A stretch of DNA of 63,989 nucleotides, the filler included, from Octopus bimaculoides (taxonomy: Eukaryota), in the NCBI RefSeq assembly GCF_001194135.2. It is 6 parts of 6 records of this genome, joined end to end, with 100 filler letters (N's around TTAATTAATTAA, not from the genome) between each part and the next. Parts side by side here need not be neighbours in the genome. Positions count along the whole stretch, not along the records: positions 43,107 to 54,999 come from NC_068981.1; positions 55,100 to 61,974 come from NC_068989.1; 4 more parts are not named here. One strand, 5' to 3'. Shown one piece after another: positions 49,865 to 61,402 of the stretch; the stretch's first letter is position 1; each line of letters opens with the position of its first letter. Position numbers and translations under genes: made by a program. The notes under the pieces were generated by a model, which saw only the letters and a list, made by a program, of their open reading frames with translations, searched no databases and was not told where the DNA came from.

Positions 49865-50261
49865 TGTTTGTGGTTGTTGTTGGCACTCCATCGCTTACGA
49901 CGTCGAGGGTTCCAGTTGATCCGATCAACGGAACAGCCTGCTCGTGAAATTAACGTGCAAGTGGTTGAGCACTCCACAGACACGTGTACCCATAACGTAG
50001 TTCTCGGGGATATTCAGCGTGACACAAAGTGTGACAAGGCTGACCCTTTGAATTACAGGCACAACAGAAACAGGAAGTAAGAGTGAGAGAAAGTTGTGGT
50101 GAAAGAGTATAGCAGGGTTCGCCACCATCCCCTGCGGGAGCCTCGTGGAGCTTTAGGTGTTTTCGCTCAATAAACACTCACAACGCCCGGTCTGGGAATC
50201 GAAACCGCGATCCTACGACCGCGAGTCCGCTACCCTAACCACTGGGCCATTGCGCCTCCAC
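49865..50261 (-). mobile_element. Young family-C SINE with 11-bp TSD
   Basis: Reverse complement of the 48921 copy, with TSD TCTAGGTAGGT at 49854-49864 and 50264-50274. Confidence 0.95.
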
Positions 50262-50832
50262 TCTCTAGGTAGGTACAGACGATCAAAATCTGCTTTTGGT
50301 TGATGCATATTCTTAAAAGTTTGGAGTTTTCTTGTCTTCTTGTCTAGGCGTTGGAGCTCTGTTCGATTCCAGTTAATGATTTAAAAACTTTATTGGAAGT
50401 GCCAAGGTGTTATTGGCTTCGATGCGATGCTTACAGTGTTCGTTTAAGTTAGTAACTAATATGAAAAGTTTGATTCGTTCGATTATGTTCCTTTGTATAA
50501 ATTTGTGGTTTTGTGCCAATATCAGTTATTTTGCTGGTAAATAATTATTTGACGGCGAAACACCGGCAGCAGTAGAGTGTCAGCCTAAAGATATAATATT
50601 CGGTGTTTATTCTTGTAGATTCGAATTTCGACAGTGTATTTTTTTACTTTTCATTCCATCCTTCTGCATTTCCAATATACAGTATTCGATACAGTCGACC
50701 GTACATAGTGCTCCTTCAAAAAACGAAAACAAAAATGGATTTATACTGAGTGGAATATCCATTACATTATCAGAGAAGATTATTTGCGTTGCTGATTTGA
50801 CGTCGATGATGATAATTGTTACGGTCATTTAT

Positions 50833-51263
50833 TGCAATAAAGTAGTTGTATGCTGTCAACTTAATGTGACAGTCCCATGAAGGGAATACTACTACTGCTA
50901 TTTAGCCCTAGGAAGCAGCACCGCTTCCTGTCGGACTTGACACATTTCCTGTGTCCTTATGTTTGAAATCAGTGAATGTGTTTCACTAGAATTATTATAT
51001 GTTTACTAGAGCTTGACAGGCATCTCCAACTAGCAGGCCATTGCTACTCCAGACTGATGACGAGCAAAGGCTCAGAAACATGTCTCTGGATGCAGATTTA
51101 GCTGGGTGAAGGTGCTTGTCTTCCCCCTTGTAATCATAAGGACACAGGAAATGTGTCAAGGCCGACAGGAAGCGGTGCTGCTTCCTAGGGCTAAATAGCA
51201 GTCGTATTATTCCCTTCATGGGACTGTCACATTAAGTTGACAGCATACAACTACTTTATCGCA
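50833..51263. mobile_element. 431-bp foldback element: 129-bp inverted arms around a 173-bp hammerhead-containing spacer
   Basis: Arms 50833-50961 and 51135-51263 are reverse complements with about 4 mismatches. No TSD seen. Confidence 0.9.
51048..51090 (+). ncRNA. Minimal type I hammerhead ribozyme
   Basis: UCCAGA-CUGAUGA-C-GAGC(AAAG)GCUC-A-GAA-ACAUGU-C-UCUGGA. Stem I is 6 bp, stem III is palindromic, and the GUC cleavage triplet ends at 51084. There is an extra C and an extra A flanking stem II. Confidence 0.8.
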
Positions 51264-51803
51264 TCACTACTGCATAAATCTCTCTGAGAGATTTAGAAAT
51301 GTATTATTTCTATTGCGATAGTCCTAACAAAATTGGTGCTCTGATTTCCATGTATGTTATGCAAGGGAGAGAACTCTATCTTTGGATGCTTCTTTTATGC
51401 TCTCCCTTGTAAATAAAAAATGCGCAAAACTTGAATTGATCCGAAAGTATTTTGAAAAACGTTCTGTATTTCTTTTGATCGGTGTTTCTTGACCTTTTCT
51501 TTTTTGCATCCTCCACTTTATAAACTCACCATCTTGATTCCCCTCCCCTGTGTATGATTAAAAAAAAAAGTACTCTTGTTTACAACTCATTTGCATAAAA
51601 ATCTAATTTTTGTTTAAAAATTAAACAGTGAGTTCATAGTGTTTGTTTCTGTGCTATTCTGTACTACAGTGTACATCTATAGATTTTAGCTAACACAGTA
51701 TGTAGTAGATAGATGTAAATGCATTTTCTCTATATACAGTATCTTATATATACAGTATGTGTGTTTTCTCTATATACAGTATGTGTGTGTGTGTGTGTGT
51801 GTG

Positions 51804-51936
51804 CCTTTCTTGTGGAAGAGCGTAGGCTCGAAACGTTAAAGATATTTTTCCAATTCCCGAGCGTTATACTAGTACATCTGTTTGTTTTCTACACTACCTG
51901 TCTTCGTCTTTTGTTGTTTTTTTGTGAATTCTCCCT
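51804..51936 (+). mobile_element. Short Penelope-type terminal repeat with a hammerhead-like fold
   Basis: CUUU-CUUGUGGA-A-GAGC(GUAG)GCUC-GAA-ACGU-U-AAAG, homologous to 42491-42620 and ending at a (TA)n tract. Confidence 0.6.
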
Positions 51937-52994
51937 ATATATATATATATNNNNNNNNNNNNNNNNNNNNNNNNNNNNNNNNNNNNNNNNNNNNNNNNNN
52001 NNNNNNNNNNNNNNNNNNNNNNNNNNNNNNNNNNNNNNNNNNNNNNNNNNNNNNNNNNNNNNNNNNNNNNNNNNNNNNNNNNNNNNNNNNNNNNNNNNNN
52101 NNNNNNNNNNNNNNNNNNNNNNNNNNNNNNNNNNNNNNNNNNNNNNNNNNNNNNNNNNNNNNNNNNNNNNNNNNNNNNNNNNNNNNNNNNNNNNNNNNNN
52201 NNNNNNNNNNNNNNNNNNNNNNNNNNNNNNNNNNNNNNNNNNNNNNNNNNNNNNNNNNNNNNNNNNNNNNNNNNNNNNNNNNNNNNNNNNNNNNNNNNNN
52301 NNNNNNNNNNNNNNNNNNNNNNNNNNNNNNNNNNNNNNNNNNNNNNNNNNNNNNNNNNNNNNNNNNNNNNNNNNNNNNNNNNNNNNNNNNNNNNNNNNNN
52401 NNNNNNNNNNNNNNNNNNNNNNNNNNNNNNNNNNNNNNNNNNNNNNNNNNNNNNNNNNNNNNNNNNNNNNNNNNNNNNNNNNNNNNNNNNNNNNNNNNNN
52501 NNNNNNNNNNNNNNNNNNNNNNNNNNNNNNNNNNNNNNNNNNNNNNNNNNNNNNNNNNNNNNNNNNNNNNNNNNNNNNNNNNNNNNNNNNNNNNNNNNNN
52601 NNNNNNNNNNNNNNNNNNNNNNNNNNNNNNNNNNNNNNNNNNNNNNNNNNNNNNNNNNNNNNNNNNNNNNTCTACCTATAAAACGGGTGTGATATTCTGT
52701 TTTTTTTGTGTGATTTTTGCTACCCATGGTAACTATTAACATATTTACATTGTCAAAGTTTTTTTAAACTGAGATAATATTAATATATACATAAACTTAA
52801 TTAAGGGATCAGCAGCAGTTTATAAATGTATAAGAACTTTTAAATAAGTTCTTCACCGATAATGGTGTTTACATACCGAAGGGCTTGGTAAAAATTATTA
52901 ATTATTAATTTATTAATAAATTGATAATCCTTTACCCTTTTAATTGTAATATACATAAACTTATATATAAACTTATATATAAACTTATATATAA

Positions 52995-53110
52995 ACTTAG
53001 TCAAGCAAATCGCCTCCAGGATTTATTCTTTGTAAGCCTATTACTTATTCTATTGGTCTTTTTTGCCAAACCACTTAGTTATGGGGATGTAAACACACCA
53101 ACATCGGTTA
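52995..53110 (-). mobile_element. Family-B SINE tail fragment
   Basis: CTTATTCTATTGGTCTTTTTGCCAAACCACTTAGTTATGGGGATGTAAACACACCAACATCGGTT. Confidence 0.75.
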
Positions 53111-53121
53111 TATCATATATA

Positions 53122-53432
53122 ATTCATGCTCAGTTAATTGAAGGAAAGAAAATGGAGAGTTAATGATTATTTATTATTAAAAAAATGATAATCTTTACTT
53201 CTTACAGCTGTTGAATGGATAGGTTGGCATGTAATATCTTAATGTTTATCTTTTTCTCTGATGAAATTATGCTCATAACATATAAATGCAAATTTAAAGC
53301 ACAAATTTGTAATTTATCTATTGGCCACTAATGGAAACGGCTGTAATAAGTAAAGATTCCAATTTTTTAATAATAAATAATTATTAACTCTTAACTCTCC
53401 ATTTTTTTCCCTTCAATTAACTGAACATGAAT
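53122..53432. mobile_element. ~310-bp MITE with ~90-bp TIRs
   Basis: ATTCATGCTCAGTTAATTGAAGGAAAGAAAATGGAGAG...TTACAGCTGTT vs AACGGCTGTAA...CTCTCCATTTTTTTCCCTTCAATTAACTGAACATGAAT. Confidence 0.85.
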
Positions 53433-53574
53433 AATATGCTTAATACAGGGTGTTTCAAAATATTTGATATTATTTGAGTTGTAAGTATCACAGAAACTAC
53501 AATGTCAAAGCAAATGAAACTAAACAGGCTTAATGTTAAACATTTTATTAAAATGAAGTAAAATGTATGGTTAC

Positions 53575-54345
53575 TCACCAATAATGAATGATATTGATTT
53601 AAGACGATGATGATGAAAATAATGAAGGTAATAACTGTACGTCAAAGAAGAGTGAAAACTCTTCAGGTGATGCATCTTCTTCAAGTGTTTTAGGGGATGG
53701 CGTATCTTCATGCAAGGCTTTCTTGGTGGGCTTGGGAAACATTGTGATGGGAAGTGGCTGTCGTTGTTTCTTCATGGTGGTGAGGAGAATTTTATATGCC
53801 TGGATGGCAGCATTGATAGTATTTCTCAATTGCAGATACCAAACCATATAGGGATTCCATACTTCTGCCTTCCCTTGTAATTCCTTTGCTATCCTTAAAA
53901 GGTCGGACAAATGTTAGATTTCCAGGCCCACCTCATCCTCCTCTTCCCCTGGATCTGGCACTTCCTCCTCCTCTTCATTGGTAGGCTTTGTTAACTCTAA
54001 CAAATCCTTGTCTGTCAGGGTTTCAGAGTGGTCATTGATGAGGTCATTGACCTCATCTTGCATGATGTCATCAAAACCTTCGCCACCAAGTACCTTTGCC
54101 AGTTTCACCGCATTGTTGACAGTCTTGTACTGAATATTTTCAGGTGAGAAGCCTTTGTAGTCCTGGACACACTCTGGCCACATCTTCTTCCAGCATGTGA
54201 CGAGGGTTTCTTTTTACATGTTTTTAAGAGCAGTGTGGACGACAGACAGGCACATTGCGATCATGAAGTTATGCCAGTACTCCTTTAACTTGAAATTCTC
54301 ATCTGAATCCATTCCATCCACAAGGTGTTGAAGAGTTTTGAGTGC
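53575..54345 (-). mobile_element. Tigger/pogo transposase C-terminal remnant
   Basis: TLQHLVDGMDSDENFKLKEYW...TCWKKMWPECVQDYKGF...VKLAKVLGGEGFDDI...HSETLTDKDLLEL...KKQRQPLPITMF, with in-frame stops and a frameshift. Confidence 0.9.
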
Positions 54346-54574
54346 ATGTGCAAAAGAAGTGAACCATTGTCCACTTCTATTTTTAGCTGGAAAGTTAACT
54401 CTTTTTGTTTTTGCATTTATGGTGTTGCAAGTAGTGGAATTGTCTTTTTGTGTATTTTAGTCATGTTATTTGTCAAGCGTTTAGAGCAATCATTGGCAAT
54501 CATTGGGACTTTCTGATTGGCACACCAAACCAAAAAATTACTTAAAATTTTTTATTAGTGTGGGCTTTCAGATG

Positions 54575-54722
54575 ATGGTCCATGTATCGTGTGGCCCACT
54601 TCTTGAAAGAAGCTTGCTTCTCAACCACACATCCTTCGGCAAGTGTCTTTTACTATAGCCTTGGGCCAACCAAAACCTTGTGAGTGAATTTGGTAGATGG
54701 AAACTGAAAGAAGCCCATCGTC
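54575..54722 (+). mobile_element. Family-B SINE 5' fragment
   Basis: GGCAAGTGTCTTTTACTATAGCCTTGGGCCAACCAAAACCTTGTGAGTG...GGAAACTGAAAGAAGCCCATCG. Confidence 0.8.
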
Positions 54723-55211
54723 AAAATGGCTGAAAAAGTAAAAGGTAAAAGAAAGATGCCTTGTTTAGAGCATATAGCAGTGTTTCACCTGTATATACAC
54801 ACACGCACCCAAACACACGTATATATATGTATATCAATATAAATATATGAAAGTCAATGAAGTTTCGTAAAAGAAGGTGATCATGTACATACTTTCTTGC
54901 TGTTGTGATTATAACACCTCATTGTAAACTATGTTCCTTGTTTTCCCTTGTGGAGCATATACAAATAGGTTTTTTGTTGCTGCCCACTCTTGAGCAGCCN
55001 NNNNNNNNNNNNNNNNNNNNNNNNNNNNNNNNNNNNNNNNNNNTTAATTAATTAANNNNNNNNNNNNNNNNNNNNNNNNNNNNNNNNNNNNNNNNNNNNA
55101 TACATATATATACATATATATGTATGTATGTATTTATGTATGTGTGTATGTCTGTATATCTGTGTATACATACATAAAAAATATGTATATAAATATATAT
55201 ATAGATTTTTA

Positions 55212-55246
<35 letters not shown>

Positions 55247-55815
55247 AAACACATACACACATACATACATATATATATATATATGTGTTTATGTATATCC
55301 ATAATTACGTAACAGTAATACGTGTGTGATTTGGTGAATATGTGTCTTTGTATATATATATGTGTGCTACAGTGCGTTTGTGCATGTGTATGCGTATGTG
55401 TGTGTGGCGAGGCACGAGTATGCTTGTATGTGTTTATTAATGTGTGTGAATTTATCTGGCTGCTTTGAAGGTTGCTCTTTGACTGCTTCGGTTAGACGAA
55501 GATTTTTCAACAAGGAGACTCCAATTTGGGCAAACTCCAGAGAACTTTCGACATAGCTTCATTGATGTTTTCCATATTAACGTCTGGAAGTCTTTGACTC
55601 AAGATCTATGATGTTGTCTGTTGTTGCTGTTGTTGTTGTTGTTGTTGTTGTTGTCTGCTGTTTAGCCCCAGGTCATCTCTGGTTTAGCAGACTTATGATC
55701 AAAGTCATTCCAAGACTATCCATCTTTTGTTGGTATATTTGCTAGTTTGTCTATGCCTCTGTCTCTCTCTTTCACTACGGTCCTCTCATATACACTCTCA
55801 CCCTTCATATGTGTG

Positions 55816-55864
<49 letters not shown>

Positions 55865-56171
55865 TCATATGTATGTATGAATGTATTTATATATGTATAT
55901 ATATATATATATNNNNNNNNNNNNNNNNNNNNNNNNNNNNNNNNNNNNNNNNNNNNNNNNNNNNNNNNNNNNNNNNNNNNNNNNNNNNNNNNNNNNNNNN
56001 NNNNNNNNNNNNNNNNNNNNNNNNNNNNNNNNNNNNNNNNNNNNNNNNNNNNNNNNNNNNNNNNNNNNNNNNNNNNNNNNNNNNNNNNNNNNNNNNNNNN
56101 NNNNNNNNNNNNNNNNNNNNNNNNNNNNNNNNNNNNNNNNNNNNNNNNNNNNNNNNNNNNNNNNNNNNNNN

Positions 56172-56222
<51 letters not shown>

Positions 56223-56444
56223 CATATATATGTATATATATATATGTATATACATGGGTACAGGACGTCACCAACTGTGTAAACAACCTGAAATACGAAA
56301 ACAAACGAGTTAAATACGCAAACAATGAGAGAAAAAAATGGAAAATAGGAGAAGTAACACGGAGAACGACCCTTCATCATTTGATACGAGATATACCAAA
56401 GCAAGAAAACAAAACATTTACACCAATGATATTGGCTTCAATTT

Positions 56445-56645
56445 TTGGTGCGGGGTCAGCGGGTTTGGGGGAGGGGCTAAGTCGATTATATCAACCCCCA
56501 GTGTTCAACTGGTACTTATTTTATCGACCTCGAAAGGATGAAAGGTAAAGTGAATCAAGACGAAATTTGAACTCAGAACGTAAAGATGAACGAAATGCCG
56601 CTAAGCATTGTACCCAACTTGCTAACAATTCTTCCGGCTCGCCTC
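56445..56645 (-). mobile_element. Family-A SINE
   Basis: ACTGGTACTTATTTTATCGACCTCGAAAGGATGAAAGG...AATTTGAACTCAGAACG...GCTAAGCATT. Confidence 0.85.
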
Positions 56646-57261
56646 CTTATTCTCACCTATCATATTGCTAACAAGAACTGTAAAATATTGGCAAAGATCA
56701 ATTCCGAAAGTTTAGAGCACATTAGTTTTTTAAAATAGTACTGCCCATTATAAAGCGCGAGAAAAGTTCGTCGCTCCTCCACGACCTGGTCACTGACACA
56801 TTTTCATTGCATCTATTGAAAACATTGCCTGAGTAGACTTTATAAGATTCAGAATTTTTCTTTCTTTCTGCTTTTTAATAATTCTTTCTTGCTTCTTTTC
56901 TTATTTACATTCGACTTTAACCATTGAATTAATTACGAAAATCAACACGGAAAGGAATTCATTAAAGATTTGGTCAGTTAGCCATTCGTGCTTGAATCTA
57001 CTTATGGTATTTTTAGGGTGTATTAAATTATTGTATATTGGAGGTGGCGCTTGTATTTTGTCTGTTCCATATTTCGATTAAATTCTGTGTACTTTCGTTT
57101 ATTCCATTCCAGTCAACCAATCGTAATATATACTAATTTATTCATTGTCATAATTATGACGAATAGACATTATTATTAGGATTGGAGACGTCATCGTACG
57201 CTCTGTAATTATAAAGTGTCTGAAAGTATGTCTGTACACGCACACACACACACACACACAT

Positions 57262-57466
57262 GCTTGGCGATGCTGAAAAGTTCCTGGCTTTAAGGAAAGG
57301 CCTGGTTGGAAGCCTAATCTTTGGAGTCCTTTTACGAGGCTTAGGAAAATTGAAGGACCGCAATAAGGGTGTGAATCTAGGAGGAGAATGTTAGATAAAA
57401 CCATGGTTGACTGATCTTCCTGTAATTTCTTTTACCCTAAGCCAGGAACTTTTCAGCCCCACCTCG

Positions 57467-57467
<1 letters not shown>
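57262..57467. mobile_element. Mariner-type MITE (~205 bp); one-ended relative at 59331-59365
   Basis: GCTGAAAAGTTCCTGGCTT vs AAGCCAGGAACTTTTCAGC inverted repeats. The right end CCCACCTCGT resembles ACGAGG-type mariner termini. Confidence 0.8.
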
Positions 57468-57501
<34 letters not shown>

Positions 57502-58372
57502 NNNNNNNNNNNNNNNNNNNNNNNNNNNNNNNNNNNNNNNNNNNNNNNNNNNNNNNNNNNNNNNNNNNNNNNNNNNNNNNNNNNNNNNNNNNNNNNNNNN
57601 NNNNNNNNNNNNNNNNNNNNNNNNNNNNNNNNNNNNNNNNNNNNNNNNNNNNNNNNNNNNNNNNNNNNNNNNNNNNNNNNNNNNNNNNNNNNNNNNNNNN
57701 NNNNNNNNNNNNNNNNNNNNNNNNNNNNNNNNNNNNNNNNNNNNNNNNNNNNNNNNNNNNNNNNNNNNNNNNNNNNNNNNNNNNNNNNNNNNNNNNNNNN
57801 NNNNNNNNNNNNNNNNNNNNNNNNNNNNNNNNNNNNNNNNNNNNNNNNNNNNNNNNNNNNNNNNNNNNNNNNNNNNNNNNNNNNNNNNNNNNNNNNNNNN
57901 NNNNNNNNNNNNNNNNNNNNNNNNNNNNNNNNNNNNNNNNNNNNNNNNNNNNNNNNNNNNNNNNNNNNNNNNNNNNNNNNNNNNNNNNNNNNNNNNNNNN
58001 NNNNNNNNNNNNNNNNNNNNNNNNNNNNNNNNNNNNNNNNNNNNNNNNNNNNNNNNNNNNNNNNNNNNNNNNNNNNNNNNNNNNNNNNNNNNNNNNNNNN
58101 NNNNNNNNNNNNNNNNNNNNNNNNNNNNNNNNNNNNNNNNNNNNNNNNNNNNNNNNNNNNNNNNNNNNNNNNNNNNNNNNNNNNNNNNNNNNNNNNNNNN
58201 NNNNNNNNNNNNNNNNNNNNNNNNNNNNNNNNNNNNTATATATATATATATATACATACATATATATATATGTATGTATATATATATATACATATATACA
58301 TACATATATATATACATATGTATATACGTATCGTAGGCAAACGTATATCCAACAAAGAGCGAATGCATTTCG

Positions 58373-58504
58373 GAACGCCAAATACTGCGCAATTCCCCAT
58401 GGACGTCTTGTCACATAGACCTCCATATATATCTGTGCTCTTAACACTGTACGTCTATATAAGAGGATCTCCTCTCAAGGCGAATACCGCAGTATTTGGC
58501 GTTC
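58373..58504. repeat. Perfect 17-bp inverted repeat, 98-nt spacer
   Basis: GAACGCCAAATACTGCG (58373-58389) / CGCAGTATTTGGCGTTC (58488-58504). Confidence 0.8.
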
Positions 58505-58594
58505 ACAATAACGCAAATACGTTTAGTGCAAATAAATAAATACATACACACACACGTACATGCACATAGCTGTATATCACGTGAATACATAATT

Positions 58595-58675
<81 letters not shown>

Positions 58676-58784
58676 NNNNNNNNNNNNNNNNTGTGTGTGT
58701 GTGTGTGTGTGTATACTTTATCATTATTAAAGCTACAAGAACATCACAAAGATATTACAAAAAACTAGCTACTCAGAATTTCAC

Positions 58785-58942
58785 GTTCCCGTAACTTAGT
58801 GGTTCGGCAAAAAGACACCGATAGAATAAGTACTAGGGTAACAAAGAATAAGTCCTGGGGTCGATTTGTTCGACTAAAGGCGGTGCTCCAGCATGGTCGC
58901 AGTGAAATGACTGAAACAAGTATCAAAGAATAAAAGAATAAG
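58785..58942 (+). mobile_element. Family-B SINE tail
   Basis: CCCGTAACTTAGTGGTTCGGCAAAAGAC...GGCGGTGCTCCAGCATGGTCGCAG. Confidence 0.85.
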
Positions 58943-59271
58943 AGGTGAATATATTTATTTAGCCACCCGTTATCCCTGGGATTATTGCTGTTTCGCAGCT
59001 TTCATCTGGTGATAATAATTTCAGTGTATTATAAATTATTTTACATTACTGCACCAATAAGCAAGCTACGCATTGTACGATACAATTGTACATTTAAGAA
59101 TCAATACAGATAAAGAAGACTAGTTCATCAGATCATCAAAGCATGAGGGTTATACAAATGCTTTAACTCTATGTGGTCTGATAGCCGTGTCGACTAGAAC
59201 GGCTTCCTTTGATTCCCACAAAATTTCAATGCGTCCATGTATTGTACTACAGACTTATATATACATATATG

Positions 59272-59327
<56 letters not shown>

Positions 59328-59561
59328 AATACGAGGTAGTGCTGAAAAGTTCCTGACTTTAAGGGTCTCGCGAAAGACCTTCTTGGAGGGCCAACCTTCC
59401 GAGTTATTACACAAGAAACAACCCCCACCTCAAGCACACACAGACACAAACACAAACACACATACACACACAAACATACATACAAACACCCCGTCTCCCG
59501 ACACGAGCATATATATATTTATATATACATACGAATATATATAAACACACACACGCCCATA

Positions 59562-59603
<42 letters not shown>

Positions 59604-59685
59604 NNNNNNNNNNNNNNNNNNNNNNNNNNNNNNNNNNNNNNNNNNNNNNNNNNNNNNNNNNNNNNNNNNNNNNNNNNNNNNNNNN

Positions 59686-59736
<51 letters not shown>

Positions 59737-59826
59737 CACTTAAACATATGCAAACACGCTCGCACACACATATATATTATGTGTATTAATATATTTTAGG
59801 AATTAATGAATCTAATGTATGGTACT

Positions 59827-59858
<32 letters not shown>

Positions 59859-60106
59859 AACAAACACACACACACACACACAAACATATATATATATATA
59901 TATATACACATGTATATCTACTTATGCACATATGCAAATAAGCTTATACATGTATGTAAGTATACACACACACCAAGGCACAACAATATTCGTACGCATT
60001 TATGTATGTTGATGCATGTTCAGTAACGTATTAGAATTTTGTTTGTTCATGCGTATGTATGGGGTGTTATACCCGACAGAGCACTCGATCATACAAGCAC
60101 AGACTA

Positions 60107-60147
<41 letters not shown>

Positions 60148-60779
60148 ACACCCGCACGAAGAATAAACACGAACATATTGATATCTATATATATGTACAT
60201 AACATATATATATGTACATAACACACGCATACATGCACACACATACTCACACACACTGAACACACAGACGTATATATAACACACACACACACACACACGC
60301 AGAGACACACACACGTACACATACGACACATACACGTACGAACACACACACACACACACACACACACTAACGCACGCATATGTACATGCATATTTCTACC
60401 CATATATCTTCATATATATAATTAATAGCTCAAATATGAATAAGAATTTTTTTATGCATGGCTTCGTGTTTGCGTACGTATGTATGTATATACGTATGTA
60501 TGCATGTATGTACATTTATATTTATAAATATGTATGTGTATATATATATATATATATATACATACATGCATGTGTGTATATATTTATGCTTATGTGTATG
60601 TAATTATTCGAATATACGTGATATTTAATCTTAGAAAGGTGTATCTCTTAAAGAAACTAAGGAGAGGAGGTAATGGTTGATTAGAAAAGGAGAAATATGT
60701 ATGTGTGTATGTGTGTATGTATGTATGTATGTATGCATGTTTGTATGTATGTATGTATGTATGTATGTAAGTATGCATG

Positions 60780-60813
<34 letters not shown>

Positions 60814-61362
60814 TGTATGTATGCATGTGTGTATGTATGTATCTATCTACCCATCTATTTTTCTATCTATCTGTCTATTNNNNNNNNNNNNNNNNNNNNN
60901 NNNNNNNNNNNNNNNNNNNNNNNNNNNNNNNNNNNNNNNNNNNNNNNNNNNNNNNNNNNNNNNNNNNNNNNNNNNNNNNNNNNNNNNNNNNNNNNNNNNN
61001 NNNNNNNNNNNNNNNNNNNNNNNNNNNNNNNNNNNNNNNNNNNNNNNNNNNNNNNNNNNNNNNNNNNNNNNNNNNNNNNNNNNNNNNNNNNNNNNNNNNN
61101 NNNNNNNNNNNNNNNNNNNNNNNNNNNNNNNNNNNNNNNNNNNNNNNNNNNNNNNNNNNNNNNNNNNNNNNNNNNNNNNNNNNNNNNNNNNNNNNNNNNN
61201 NNNNNNNNNNNNNNNNNNNNNNNNNNNNNNNNNNNNNNNNNNNNNNNNNNNNNNNNNNNNNNNNNNNNNNNNNNNNNNNNNNNNNNNNNNNNNNNNNNNN
61301 NNNNNNNNNNNNNNNNNNNNNNNNNNNNNNNNNNNNNNNNNNNNNNNNNNNNNNNNNNNNNN

Positions 61363-61402
<40 letters not shown>

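Larger units (their letters stand above)
48890..50460 (-). mobile_element. R4/Dong-like LINE fragment (post-RT region to zinc knuckle) split by two SINE insertions
   Basis: WNRTELQRLDKKTRKL...HQPKADFDRLYLPR | NNGGRGMMQIE...KPLHGQY...QWLRSSGLKETEGFILATQDQSL...YRFCDTFDEAIDHLVS.CPVL...HNRLGQYLHW | KICKHY. Confidence 0.85.
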
